From positions 1 to 44,870 of the IMG/VR virus record IMGVR_UViG_3300036982_000460: a stretch of DNA of 44,870 nucleotides, one strand, 5' to 3'. Positions 17,170-27,500 of the stretch are shown here, piece after piece; the stretch's first letter is position 1; the number at the start of each line of letters is the position of its first letter. Both the position numbers and the translations under genes were made by a program. This DNA comes from a virus. Taxonomy: Duplodnaviria > Caudoviricetes. The notes beneath the pieces were generated by a model, which did not search any database, had not been told where the DNA came from, and worked only from the letters and a program-made list of their open reading frames with translations.

Positions 17170-18245
17170 TAATTAATTTCTTAGGCCGATATAGCACAGG
17201 TTATCAACCGCCGTATGCGTATTCTCAATGGACATTTAATGCTTCAAGTCCGAGTCAATACATTGCTAACGTATTCACAGCAGAGAAAACAATGAGTATA
17301 ACTCAACTGGGAATGTGTGTAAGCGGATCTTCAGGTACGCCACCCGTGCGAATTGCAATGTGGCAATACGTCAAAGGTCAATCACTTCCACCAAATCCTT
17401 TAACTGTAAAAACATATACCGACGCAAATCCAATTACGGTAGCCTCAGGTATTACTGCGCCTACGTTTTATTGGTGGAATCTTACTACACCACAAGCTAT
17501 AACAAGAGGAACAACGTATGCAATAGGTCTTGAAACATACGGAACATGGAGTGGTAGTTTGTCATTAGTTAGCACACAGGACCAAAACAAACGTGACTAC
17601 ACTTTGATGTCGGGTCAACCATTTGCTAGAACATGGACCCAAGACACAGGTCCGTTTAGGTGGGGTATAGCTTCCGCAACTGAATCTTATGGTTATCCTG
17701 TACAGTCTTCTACATCAACAAATAGAAACAATACGTTTTCCGGCAATGCATTTACAATTCCAACATCAATGGGAGGGACGTGTTTACTGCAAGGTGTATT
17801 AGCGCCACTGAATTCTGAAAATAGCTTTATTAATGTTTGGTTGCGCTTATACGACGCAACGTCTTATCCGCCTACACTCCTTGCTTCTAGACAATTTGCT
17901 GACAATGGAGTTCCATCATGGACAAATGCAATGTATACGAATGGCGGTCAAGTGTACTTCCCGTTTGATTCCCCGCTAACGTTAACAACAGGTGTTAAGT
18001 ATGTTGTAGGTTTTTATCATGGTGGTAACAACTATGACCTTGCTAGATTTACGTTTAATAGGGCACAAGATGCTGACTGCCTATCTGACATACCATCATT
18101 TGGCGTAGAGGCTGATGCAACTTTGACAACATGGACTGAAACAGGAACAGTGCGATATCAAATGAGTTTAAATCTTACTGATTTTGCACCAGCAGTTGGC
18201 TCGTCAGGTGGTGGCCCGGTAGTTGGTGGGAGGTTGATCAATTGA
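17166..18245 (+). CDS. Two-domain beta-sandwich virion protein, putative receptor-binding paralogue 1
   Basis: Start GTG 17166 (GTGA overlap). T/S/aromatic-rich with two repeats of F-T...ITxh...P..L..G.KY.h (DUF4082-like pattern) and a Gly-rich tail. The function is inferred. Confidence 0.6.
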   Translation: MIINFLGRYSTGYQPPYAYSQWTFNASSPSQYIANVFTAEKTMSITQLGMCVSGSSGTPPVRIAMWQYVKGQSLPPNPLTVKTYTDANPITVASGITAPTFYWWNLTTPQAITRGTTYAIGLETYGTWSGSLSLVSTQDQNKRDYTLMSGQPFARTWTQDTGPFRWGIASATESYGYPVQSSTSTNRNNTFSGNAFTIPTSMGGTCLLQGVLAPLNSENSFINVWLRLYDATSYPPTLLASRQFADNGVPSWTNAMYTNGGQVYFPFDSPLTLTTGVKYVVGFYHGGNNYDLARFTFNRAQDADCLSDIPSFGVEADATLTTWTETGTVRYQMSLNLTDFAPAVGSSGGGPVVGGRLIN

Positions 18246-19003
18246 TTCCATATATTGGCGACTTTGTAGTCAACTCAACAGTACGTTACTTCTTTGGCAC
18301 TAACGCATCTGCGGGTGCGTCTGTTAACCGTACGACAGCTGGAGCGATTCGTGTATACAAAGGCACATCTGTTACAGAACGTACGTCAGTAGTTGGAATA
18401 ACTGACACTAGTGGTTTTGATAGCGTTACTGGTTTAAATAGCCTGTCAATTGATCTTAGCAACAACACTGATGCTGGATTTTACGCAGCAGGGAACGATT
18501 ACGTTGTAGTGATAGTTGGTGCAGTAATCGATACACAAACAGTAAACGTACCCTTGTTTCAATTTAGTATTGAGAACAGATTTTCATCAATTTCAAACGC
18601 TGTGTGGAACACACTTGAGTCATCTATTACAACAGCATCCACTATGGGCCTAAAAGTTAAAACTAACTTGAATGACACTATTACCAGTCGGTTAGCTTCG
18701 ACATCTTACACTGCCCCACCAAACACTAATGACATTTGGACGTTTGCACCAAGAACTCTTACTAGTGGTTCTGCACCTAGTGCTACAACTATTGCAGATG
18801 CCGTTCTCAACAGAAAGCTAGATAGCACGGGTGATGGCACAGACACATTGAACGAGCGCACTGTCCGATCTGCGTTACGAGCAATGCGCAACAAGGTAGT
18901 TGTTGCATCTGGTGTAATGACAGTATCTAAAGAAGACGATACGGCAACAGCGTGGACTGGTTCATTATCTAATACAGCTGACGTGACGGTAGATCCGGTA
19001 TAA
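18242..19003 (+). CDS. Virion fibre/adaptor-like protein (253 aa), paralogue of 21427..22314
   Basis: N-terminal Ig-like region, AVWN repeat, and C-terminal IADAVLNRKLDSTG..RTVRSALRAMRNKV. Confidence 0.6.
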   Translation: MIPYIGDFVVNSTVRYFFGTNASAGASVNRTTAGAIRVYKGTSVTERTSVVGITDTSGFDSVTGLNSLSIDLSNNTDAGFYAAGNDYVVVIVGAVIDTQTVNVPLFQFSIENRFSSISNAVWNTLESSITTASTMGLKVKTNLNDTITSRLASTSYTAPPNTNDIWTFAPRTLTSGSAPSATTIADAVLNRKLDSTGDGTDTLNERTVRSALRAMRNKVVVASGVMTVSKEDDTATAWTGSLSNTADVTVDPV

Positions 19004-19016
19004 GGTAGGCACATGT

Positions 19017-19265
19017 ATGACAGAAGTAATACTAGAACAAGTGATTGTTCAAAATGACGCTGTAAATGTTTTATTTCAAGATAATGGTTTACTTTTTGGA
19101 GACATTGAAAGTTTAGAAACATATAGTGCGAGCTTGCAATATGATGAGTATTTAAAACATATTTTTTTAAACTTAATAGTAATATTAGGGGAAACTGCTG
19201 TAGTTGGAAAAACTCTCATTTATAATCCTAATGCTCTTGACGGTGTGATTGTAAAGTTAGTTTAA
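19017..19265 (+). CDS. Small acidic protein (82 aa), paralogue of 16909..17169
   Basis: Same motifs as 16909..17169, and it likewise precedes a ~360-aa beta protein. Confidence 0.7.
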   Translation: MTEVILEQVIVQNDAVNVLFQDNGLLFGDIESLETYSASLQYDEYLKHIFLNLIVILGETAVVGKTLIYNPNALDGVIVKLV

Positions 19266-20341
19266 TGGCAATACAAACAGTTAACGGTGTTACTTCATTT
19301 GGAATAGCTGGAGGTCGTGTAGCATCTACAGTCACATCTTTTTCTCAAGCTGATATTGGTTATGGCATGGGTTTTCAATTTGCAGAAGCTGTTAGTATTA
19401 CTCGTTTTGCTGTTTATACATCTACTGTTACAACTAATCCATCAAATGCTCAAATAGGACTACAAGATATAAATATGGCTAATGGATTTCCAACTGGTAC
19501 TTGGTTAACAAGTGTAGCTGCTAATACTTACACTACTAATAGTTGGAATATTTTTACTCTTGCTACTCCTTATAGTCTATCTGCTGGCTCTAAAGTATTT
19601 GGACTTTGGTACAACAATGTTGGTTCAACTATGAGTGTCGGTTTTGCAAATCAAGAACAAGGTGCTTCTCAAAGAACATTAAATCCTTCTATTAGTGTTG
19701 CTAAAACTACTACTGCTGGAGCTTTTACTAAACAAAGTGTCGCTTTTCCTATGCTTGTAGGTTCTGCTACTGAATGGTTTGGAGAAAGCCACATTTTTGG
19801 TAATGTACAATACACTCCAAATACTACAAATGAGTTTGGTTTTAGTTTTACAATGCCAAATAACATACCAGAAGTTAAGTTAGCACAAATCGAAACAGGT
19901 TTAGGTGTTAATAATATTGCTACTTTTAATGTGTCATACAAAATATATAATAGCGCTGGAACATTATTACAAACTATTAATACTTATGATGTTGGACTTT
20001 CATCAGGTCTTATAATTAACGGTAACTATAATATATTACACACTAATGCTACTGATTTATGGCTTCAATCAGGTCAAAAATATTATTGTATGATTAATCT
20101 TACTGGTAGTGGTACATCCCCAACATATAACTTATCTAAATCAGTTAACATCAATAGTTCTTCTACTGGAATACAAAATGCTTATGCTACAAAAGTTGGC
20201 TCTACATTTACTGAAAGTTCTACTGAAATAGTACCTTTTAGAATCATTTGCGATGCTTGTAGATATGATGATTCTACTGGTGGTGGAGGTGGAGGATACA
20301 TCAATGCTTCCTCATTATTTACAGGAGGATTTAACGGATAA
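19265..20341 (+). CDS. Putative receptor-binding paralogue 2 (358 aa)
   Basis: EAVSITRF, TLATPY, VGSATEWFG, FGFSFTMP and LWLQSGQKYY align with paralogues 1 and 3. Confidence 0.6.
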   Translation: MAIQTVNGVTSFGIAGGRVASTVTSFSQADIGYGMGFQFAEAVSITRFAVYTSTVTTNPSNAQIGLQDINMANGFPTGTWLTSVAANTYTTNSWNIFTLATPYSLSAGSKVFGLWYNNVGSTMSVGFANQEQGASQRTLNPSISVAKTTTAGAFTKQSVAFPMLVGSATEWFGESHIFGNVQYTPNTTNEFGFSFTMPNNIPEVKLAQIETGLGVNNIATFNVSYKIYNSAGTLLQTINTYDVGLSSGLIINGNYNILHTNATDLWLQSGQKYYCMINLTGSGTSPTYNLSKSVNINSSSTGIQNAYATKVGSTFTESSTEIVPFRIICDACRYDDSTGGGGGGYINASSLFTGGFNG

Positions 20342-21420
20342 TGCCATATGTAACTTCTGATAAATTTAAAGGATATTTATATCCTGATGGCTTTATTGGC
20401 ACTTCAACAACTACCTTTGCTACGTTTAACTTTAATAATGATAATATGGGCGTTGCTTTTCCAGTAACTATGCCAGAGGCTGCTACTATTACAAGAGTTT
20501 TGCTTTATTGTACTGCTGCTTCTGCTTTGACGGATCCAGCAACTGTAAGACTTGAAGGTATTGCAGCAGATGGACAACCTAATAATACATCTCTTTCTGG
20601 TGCTGCTGTAAATGTTCCAAACGCAACAGGTTTTTTGGAAGTTACTCTTGGTACTCCTTATGCAGCAGCAGCAGGAGAAGAGTTTCATATAGTTATTAGA
20701 TTAGCAAACCAAAGCTCTGGTAGTCAGACATTTAGTACTGTAAGAAGATTTGGTGCTCCAATGTATCCAATAGTATGGACAAGAGCTACAGGTTCAGGAA
20801 CTTTTAATAAACTAACTTCTAATAATGGTCTACCACAAGCAATAGTAGGTAGCGCAACAAAATGGTATGGTGTTGCATTACCTTTACAAGCACACGCATC
20901 AGCAGGAAACTTTGCTTATCCTCAATATGTTGGTTTTTATTTTAAAACACCTGCAAACTATCCAGAACTACATTTAAAATCAGTTTGGGCTGGTTGTTCT
21001 TTAACTGCTGGAGAATTAACTACGTTTGATATTTATAATACTGCTGGCACAGTTTTATATACATCTACAGTTGACAATAGTATGTATTTATCAGCAGCAG
21101 CAACAAGGATGACAGAGTTTCTTGTTACTAATGGATTTTGGATACAGCCAAATACTAAATATTATGTAATGTTTCGCAGCACAAATGCTACTGCTTTCAA
21201 AGAAACATATAGGTGCATTGCTCCAAGTAATGCTGCTATATTAGATTTTACAAATGGTATAGAGTGGGGCATTGCAAGATATGCTACAGGTACTTTTATT
21301 GATACACCGGGACAAGTACCATCAGCAGCATTAGAAATATTTGGCAGTAGATATTTCCAAACAGCAGCTGGAGCAACAATAGCATCATTACCAGCAGGAT
21401 TCAACCAAATTGAGGGATAA
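20341..21420 (+). CDS. Putative receptor-binding paralogue 3 (359 aa)
   Basis: EAATITRV, TLGTPY, VGSATKWYG, VGFYFKTP and FWIQPNTKYY. Confidence 0.6.
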   Translation: MPYVTSDKFKGYLYPDGFIGTSTTTFATFNFNNDNMGVAFPVTMPEAATITRVLLYCTAASALTDPATVRLEGIAADGQPNNTSLSGAAVNVPNATGFLEVTLGTPYAAAAGEEFHIVIRLANQSSGSQTFSTVRRFGAPMYPIVWTRATGSGTFNKLTSNNGLPQAIVGSATKWYGVALPLQAHASAGNFAYPQYVGFYFKTPANYPELHLKSVWAGCSLTAGELTTFDIYNTAGTVLYTSTVDNSMYLSAAATRMTEFLVTNGFWIQPNTKYYVMFRSTNATAFKETYRCIAPSNAAILDFTNGIEWGIARYATGTFIDTPGQVPSAALEIFGSRYFQTAAGATIASLPAGFNQIEG

Positions 21421-21426
21421 TGAACT

Positions 21427-22314
21427 ATGTTTCAAGTAAAACTATCAGAAGCAACTGCTGCTAGGCGCAGGATCCCAGTGTTGTTAGTTGACATCACTGA
21501 TGGGTTTACTCCTGAGACTGGTGTAGTCACTCCTACTATTAATATCTCTAAAAACGGAGCCACTATAGCAAGTGGTGCAGGTACGTGGACTGAAATTGGT
21601 AATGGGCAGTATTACTATGAGTTTACTGCCGGTGAAGTTGACACTCTTGGATGGATTGCAGTCAACATTGAAAAAGCTACCGTAAGCCGAGACTATAACA
21701 CTGTAGTACAGATCATGGCGTATGACGCTATGGATACGGTCAGATTAGGGCTTACGGCACTGCCTAACGTTGCTGCAGGAGCAAGCGGTGGGTTGCCTAC
21801 GGGTAACGCTTCTGGTCAAGTAACAGTTGGGTCTCTTGCTACAACAGCTCAAACTAACACGGCGGCGGCTGTGTGGAATGCATTGTTGGCAACGTACACA
21901 ACTGCAAATACTTTTGGTGCACGAATTATCAGAGGTACATCGACTTCTCCATCATATGAAACGTTCATAACCGGAGCAAACCATATTGCAGCTGATGTAC
22001 ATGAACTACAACCCGGCGTCATCGTAGCTGCTGACTTTGCAGCAGGTGCTATTAATGCTGCGGCGTTGGCAACTGATGCGGCTGAAGAAATAGCTGATGC
22101 TGTTCTTAAACGTAATCTGGATAGCTCAGGTAATGAAGTGTCCACCACATCAAGTGGTAGGACGGTAAGAAATGCGTTACGCATCTTGCGCAACAAAGTT
22201 GATGCAAGTGGTGGGGCGCAGGTTGATGTGTACAATGAAGCGGACACATCTATTATTTGGTCACAGCCAATTACAACAAGTGTAAGCGCTGATCCGATTG
22301 TAAAGGTAGGTTAG
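21427..22314 (+). CDS. Virion fibre/adaptor-like protein (295 aa), paralogue of 18242..19003
   Basis: Ig-like N-terminus (ISKNG..WTEIGNGQYYYEFTAGEVDTLG), AAAVWNAL, and C-terminal IADAVLKRNLDSSG..RTVRNALRILRNKV. Confidence 0.6.
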   Translation: MFQVKLSEATAARRRIPVLLVDITDGFTPETGVVTPTINISKNGATIASGAGTWTEIGNGQYYYEFTAGEVDTLGWIAVNIEKATVSRDYNTVVQIMAYDAMDTVRLGLTALPNVAAGASGGLPTGNASGQVTVGSLATTAQTNTAAAVWNALLATYTTANTFGARIIRGTSTSPSYETFITGANHIAADVHELQPGVIVAADFAAGAINAAALATDAAEEIADAVLKRNLDSSGNEVSTTSSGRTVRNALRILRNKVDASGGAQVDVYNEADTSIIWSQPITTSVSADPIVKVG

Positions 22315-22319
22315 TAATT

Positions 22320-22823
22320 ATGGCTAATACAGCATTTTCTACGCATAATGAGGGCAAAATCCTCAATCTCTTGTTGCGCGGGGCAGCTTATACGCCCTAT
22401 ACCGGTAACTTGTATCTTGCTTTTTTAACTAACAGTACATCAGATACGTCGTTAGTTGAACTTGCTCCTGCTGGTACATATACTGGTCTTAGTGGACGTA
22501 TTCAATTTACGGGTACTGCTCAGAATCAATTTACTAAATTTGGAACATCAACAAGTACGGCAGCCGACACATCTGGTGCTACTGCGGATGAAACAAGGTT
22601 AATTAACTTAAACCCAATTACATTTACAGCATCTGGTGTTACACACTCTGGTATTGTTGGTATTGCTATTTGTTCTACACAAGCAGTTAATGCTACGTCT
22701 GCAAATATGGCCTTAGATACTAGTGTAATTCTTTATGGTGATTTAACTGGTGGATCTGTTACATTAACCTCTGGTCAGTCGATTACTTTTGCTGCTGGAG
22801 CTATTGTCGTTTCATTAGACTAA
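22320..22823 (+). CDS. Small virion structural protein (widespread tail/fibre-associated family)
   Basis: ILNLLLRG..LYLAF..R.QF..N..ITF..GIAI..ILYGDL...SGQSITFAAGAIVVSLD, a pattern typical of a family that precedes long repetitive fibre genes. Confidence 0.6.
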   Translation: MANTAFSTHNEGKILNLLLRGAAYTPYTGNLYLAFLTNSTSDTSLVELAPAGTYTGLSGRIQFTGTAQNQFTKFGTSTSTAADTSGATADETRLINLNPITFTASGVTHSGIVGIAICSTQAVNATSANMALDTSVILYGDLTGGSVTLTSGQSITFAAGAIVVSLD

Positions 22824-22827
22824 TGTA

Positions 22828-24567
22828 ATGTCAACACCACTCGGCGCTGGCTATATAACAGTAGCCTTTATTGCTGCAAGACTTGCTGCACCATCTGTCG
22901 GAGGCACAGCTGGAACAGCAAGTCTTAATGGTTTTGCGGGATTAACCGCGCTGCCTTCAATTCAACGCAGTGCAAATTTAATTGGTGTTAGTAGAGTAGA
23001 TGCTAACTTAGCTTTTACTAGGACATCTGACGTTCGTGGCATTGCTACAGTTACGTCATCACCATCTTTTGTACGCACATCTGACGTTCGTGGCATTGCT
23101 ACAGTTACGTCATCACCATCTTTTGTACGCACATCTGACGTTCGTGGCATTGCTACAGTTACGTCATCACCATCTTTTGTACGCACATCTGACGTTACTG
23201 CACGTGCATCTCTGGTAGCTAATGTTTCTTTTGTACGCACATCGGATGTTCGTGGTGTTGCTACAGTTACATCATTATTAGTTTCCACGGGAGCATCTGA
23301 CGTAAGTGCCCGTGCATCTCTGGTAGCTGATGTTTCTTTTGTACGTACATCGGATGTAACAGGGTTAGCTAATGTAACTAGTGTATATAGCAGAGTAGGC
23401 TCATTATCTGTTTTTGCATCAGCTACCATAAATGCAAATGTTAGTTTTGTACGGCAGTCTGATGTTTTTGGTAAATCTGCTATAACGTCAACTGTTTCTT
23501 TTGTTCGTGGTGGATCGGTTACTGGTTTTGGCAACTTACTTGCTACGCCAACATATAGCGTAATATCTCAGATAAATGGTCGAGCTAATGTAGAATCCAC
23601 AGCTACAGGATCTGCAGCGTCAACAGTAAGTGCGTATGCTAGATTAACCGCAGACATAACATATTCAATTACTAGCTCAGTAAATGGACGCGCAGATTTA
23701 TCTGCAACTGGAGTTACAACAACTAATGTTGTTAGCACTTCTAATATAAATGGATTTGCAACTTTAACTGCTTTACGTTCGACACAAATACAGTCAAGTA
23801 TTACTGCGTATGCTAGATTAACCGCAGACATAACGTATTCAATTATAAGTTCAATAAATGGACGTGCAGATTTATCTGCAACTGGAGTTACGGCGACTAA
23901 TGTTGTTAGTGCGTCTAATGTAAATGGATTTGCAACTTTAACTTCTATTCGATCCAGTCAATTACAGGCATCACTTATAGGTCTTGCTGCATTAACAGCA
24001 CTTCCAGACACGCAAGGTACATCTTCAATTCGAGGCATTGCGACAGTTACAGCATTGCCATCTGCACAACTGCAATCATCTATAGTTGGCATTGCTTCGA
24101 CAAATGCAAGTGCAATAATAGCAAATCCTACGTACGTAAATAGTGCAATTGTAGGTACTAGTAATGTAACAGCCAACGTATCATTCGTTAGAACATCTTC
24201 TATTCGTGGTATTGCCACAATAATTTCGTATTCAATATCGCCAACTACACCAGCTCAACCGCTATTTGCAAATATACGTGGAATTGCTAATGTAATTGGT
24301 GATGGGTACATTCCAAACATTTGTGAGTGCCCAGAATGGTTAAATCTTCTTCCTTCGACTTGCAATTATGTTAATGGAAGTTTGTTTAGTGCATCAGGAT
24401 ATGATCTTCCGTATACATTGCCAATTTTTAGATTGCATGAAAGTGTACAATCATTTACTTACGGAAATTTAATATCTGGTGTATATACTATTCCGCAGTC
24501 AATCAGTTGCAGTTCTACGCAACCTGCAACACTGAGTAAGCAGTTTACTCGTAAGGGGTGTTTGTAA
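22828..24567 (+). CDS. Repetitive beta-strand fibre-like protein (579 aa)
   Basis: More than 20 degenerate 18-22-aa repeats (S.h.G.A.hT...) and a Cys-containing C-terminal segment. Confidence 0.65.
   Translation: MSTPLGAGYITVAFIAARLAAPSVGGTAGTASLNGFAGLTALPSIQRSANLIGVSRVDANLAFTRTSDVRGIATVTSSPSFVRTSDVRGIATVTSSPSFVRTSDVRGIATVTSSPSFVRTSDVTARASLVANVSFVRTSDVRGVATVTSLLVSTGASDVSARASLVADVSFVRTSDVTGLANVTSVYSRVGSLSVFASATINANVSFVRQSDVFGKSAITSTVSFVRGGSVTGFGNLLATPTYSVISQINGRANVESTATGSAASTVSAYARLTADITYSITSSVNGRADLSATGVTTTNVVSTSNINGFATLTALRSTQIQSSITAYARLTADITYSIISSINGRADLSATGVTATNVVSASNVNGFATLTSIRSSQLQASLIGLAALTALPDTQGTSSIRGIATVTALPSAQLQSSIVGIASTNASAIIANPTYVNSAIVGTSNVTANVSFVRTSSIRGIATIISYSISPTTPAQPLFANIRGIANVIGDGYIPNICECPEWLNLLPSTCNYVNGSLFSASGYDLPYTLPIFRLHESVQSFTYGNLISGVYTIPQSISCSSTQPATLSKQFTRKGCL
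23023..23196 (+). repeat. Perfect 54-bp tandem repeat, three copies plus 12 bp
   Basis: Unit acatctgacgttcgtggcattgctacagttacgtcatcaccatcttttgtacgc at 23023, 23077 and 23131, encoding TSDVRGIATVTSSPSFVR. Confidence 0.95.
23631..23978 (+). repeat. Diverged 174-bp tandem duplication
   Basis: tgcgtatgctagattaaccgcagacataac starts at both 23631 and 23805, giving two copies of a 58-aa unit. Confidence 0.9.
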
Positions 24568-27500
24568 TGGCTATTAAAGCAATGAGTAACCAGCAATCTT
24601 TTGTGTTAGGTGATGTTACATGGATTGGCATGGATACACGTACACAAGCAAATAAACTTAAAGATGGTTATGCACAAAACATTGAAAACATGATGATCGA
24701 CGGTAACTCTCCTGTTTTAAGGAATGGATTCCGTGGCATTATGAATACATTTAATGCTAATCCAGTTTACGAATTGACTGCACTAAAAAGTTCATCTACC
24801 GTCAGTAAACTTATTTACGCTAAGAATAGCAAGTTATATGCATCTGACCCATCGGTTACTCCATCAACAGAAACAGAGTTATTGGACCAAACTACTGGAG
24901 CCTCGTTCAGTTTCCCCTCTGCGGGGAAACTTGTCAGGATGACGCAATATGGAAGGTACATATATGGCGTTGGCGGAACAGGTTCATCCTTTAGTACGTT
25001 TAGGACTAATGGAACTATTGCAGCCTCTATGCCAACCGTTGCTGGTCCTACATCTAATAAACCCGGCGCTGTAGGTATTGTAAAGGCCATCAAGTCTTAT
25101 ACAAGCGGGACTTACGCTGACAGTGCTGCACGTGCAACATTTGGTGCATTTGCATCTCCTTTTGATAACAGAGTAACAAACCCTATCTTTGCAAGTGTCG
25201 GCGCAAACTGGAACGTAATTGCTGGGTCGCCAACTATTGGCACGGGTGCTCAAGATGTTGAATTAAAAGCATTGCCGTGGTCTGGTAAAAAAGGTGTTGT
25301 TTCTAAAGGTGCTGACGGACGAACTTCAGGATATGTAGCATTAATTGATAAACCACAAGACTACATTATTCAAAACATTATCTCGTTACCTACTTATATT
25401 CAAAATGGCAGTACGGCAAAAGTAAATGGTTTATTTAAACTATCTTTTTACTTAATGAACTACGATGACGCCAAACCTTTTAATGGGCAATATTTAAATG
25501 TCGATGTTAGAGGTTACAGTAGCACCAGTCCCGGTGCTGGAAACATTATAAACGGTGCATATTTTTCCGCTGTAGCTGATGCACCACCAAAACAGACTTT
25601 AAGTGATTGGGTTTTATTTGAGTATCTTGTTGATTTCCGTGGTTACGAAGATACTTTACAAGCATTACAAATTCAAATATCTAACAGTGGTTGGTTCAGG
25701 GAAAGTGATCCCGGCGTTCTTATTGATGGCGTGTACGTATACAGTGTGCTGTCTAGTCCTAATGATAATGGGACAACGACAGATATTGGCCTTGCTGGCA
25801 TCAAAGGTAATCAAGTTAATACTAATGTTCGTGGTAACTTTGGTGGATTTTTACAACAACGATTAATTAAATTAGCAATTAGCGGTACACCTGATTTATC
25901 TAATGATAAGGGGTTAGGTATACGCGCTGAATTACATCCAAATGTACGTATTGCTGAAATACCATTAAGCCTTGGAATACAAGAAGCATCAGGCACAATC
26001 ACATGGACAGGTCAAGCTGTATATAACAGCCAAACACGCTTTTTGGAATTTCAATTATTTCCTATACCGGGACAAAACAGAGATGCAGTAACAGCAATCT
26101 ACATACGATTTGACGAGGACATACCAGATATCCCAGCTGATTCTGTTGTAGTAGGCTTAGGTGATGTTGTGCGTCAAGGTGGACTTACACCAGACAATCA
26201 ATATAAGTACACATATACTCGCTGGAAAGCCGCTCCTGCAGCATGGAGAGCGACAACTGCATACAATATTACAGCTCCACCGGGTGAAGGCATAGAGACT
26301 ACTGCGAGTGAGTTTAGTCCTCAGATTGAATCATCTGTAGCGTATTCTCGTGGCAGGATAACTATTACTGACGCAGATCTGCGCACAACCAGTACGGATT
26401 ATGTATACGATTACATACTGCTGTATCGTCGATGTGACACTATTTTTACAGATGGTATGCCTCGCTTGATTGCAATGATTCCAATCAATTTAGGAGCCGG
26501 AACAACGTTTACTAATCAAAACGCCAAAGTGTTTGATTACGCAGCTTCTGTTCCAGCGTTAGTAAATGCCGATGGTGTTACTTTTGATGTAACTTGGAGT
26601 ACTAATACTGCAACATATACTGTTTACGATGATGTAAGAGATACTGATATTCTTTATCCAACAAACATTGGTAGGCAAGGAATGTTCCAACATAGTGGAC
26701 GTGATCAATTGCCAGTTGGCCTGTCAACTATTGCAAATCACAAGCAACGTTTGTTCCTATCCAAAGACAACGGACTTTATGCCACATGGCCGTTAAACAA
26801 AGATAACGAATATGGCGTGTACACAACAGCTATTCCAAACGTACAAGATCCCTTTATGGCAGTAAAGGGTGCGTTCATGACTATTGGTTCGCAAGATGAC
26901 AATGAAAAAATTGTTAATCTGCTGTCTTACTCTGCAGATGGAATAGTCGCAGCTGGTGGTGATACATCTGCAATATTAATTACGTTTAGAGAAAATAGTA
27001 TTGTTCCTATTACTGGCTTTGACCCTACTACCTTTCAGGCTCAACAGTTCGTTCGAGAACCGGGAGCCGGTTTATTAGCATCAAAAGGAATTGCTAGTTT
27101 AGTTGGGCAAGCGTTGTTTGTTTCTAGTTATGGCATTAGCGTCATGAATGGAATTAAAATCGAGCCAATCAGTCTTCCATTAGAAGGAGTATTAAATCCA
27201 CGGTCGTCTGACTACGGGCCAACTGGTTCTGCAAACTATATTGGAGCAGCAGCGTATTCAGATATAGTTTTGATCTCACATGAGCGACGGTTATATGCAT
27301 TTGCACCAGTGGCTGGAGCATCAACATCAAATAGCAATAGCGTCATTTATGTATATGACACACGGACAACTGGTTGGGTTAAATTTGTATTACCAATATT
27401 CAGTTCAGTGCAAACATACGCAACAAGTGCTGTTACTTGCACATCTACAAATGATGTTGCAGATATGTATGTAGGTGCATCTAATGGGCAAATTTTTAGA

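Noticed and set aside
23023-23196. 54-bp repeats as CRISPR or DGR template/variable repeats
   Set aside because: They are head-to-tail with no spacers, in frame, and show no adenine-specific differences. No reverse transcriptase is in the window despite the BPP-1-like capsid.
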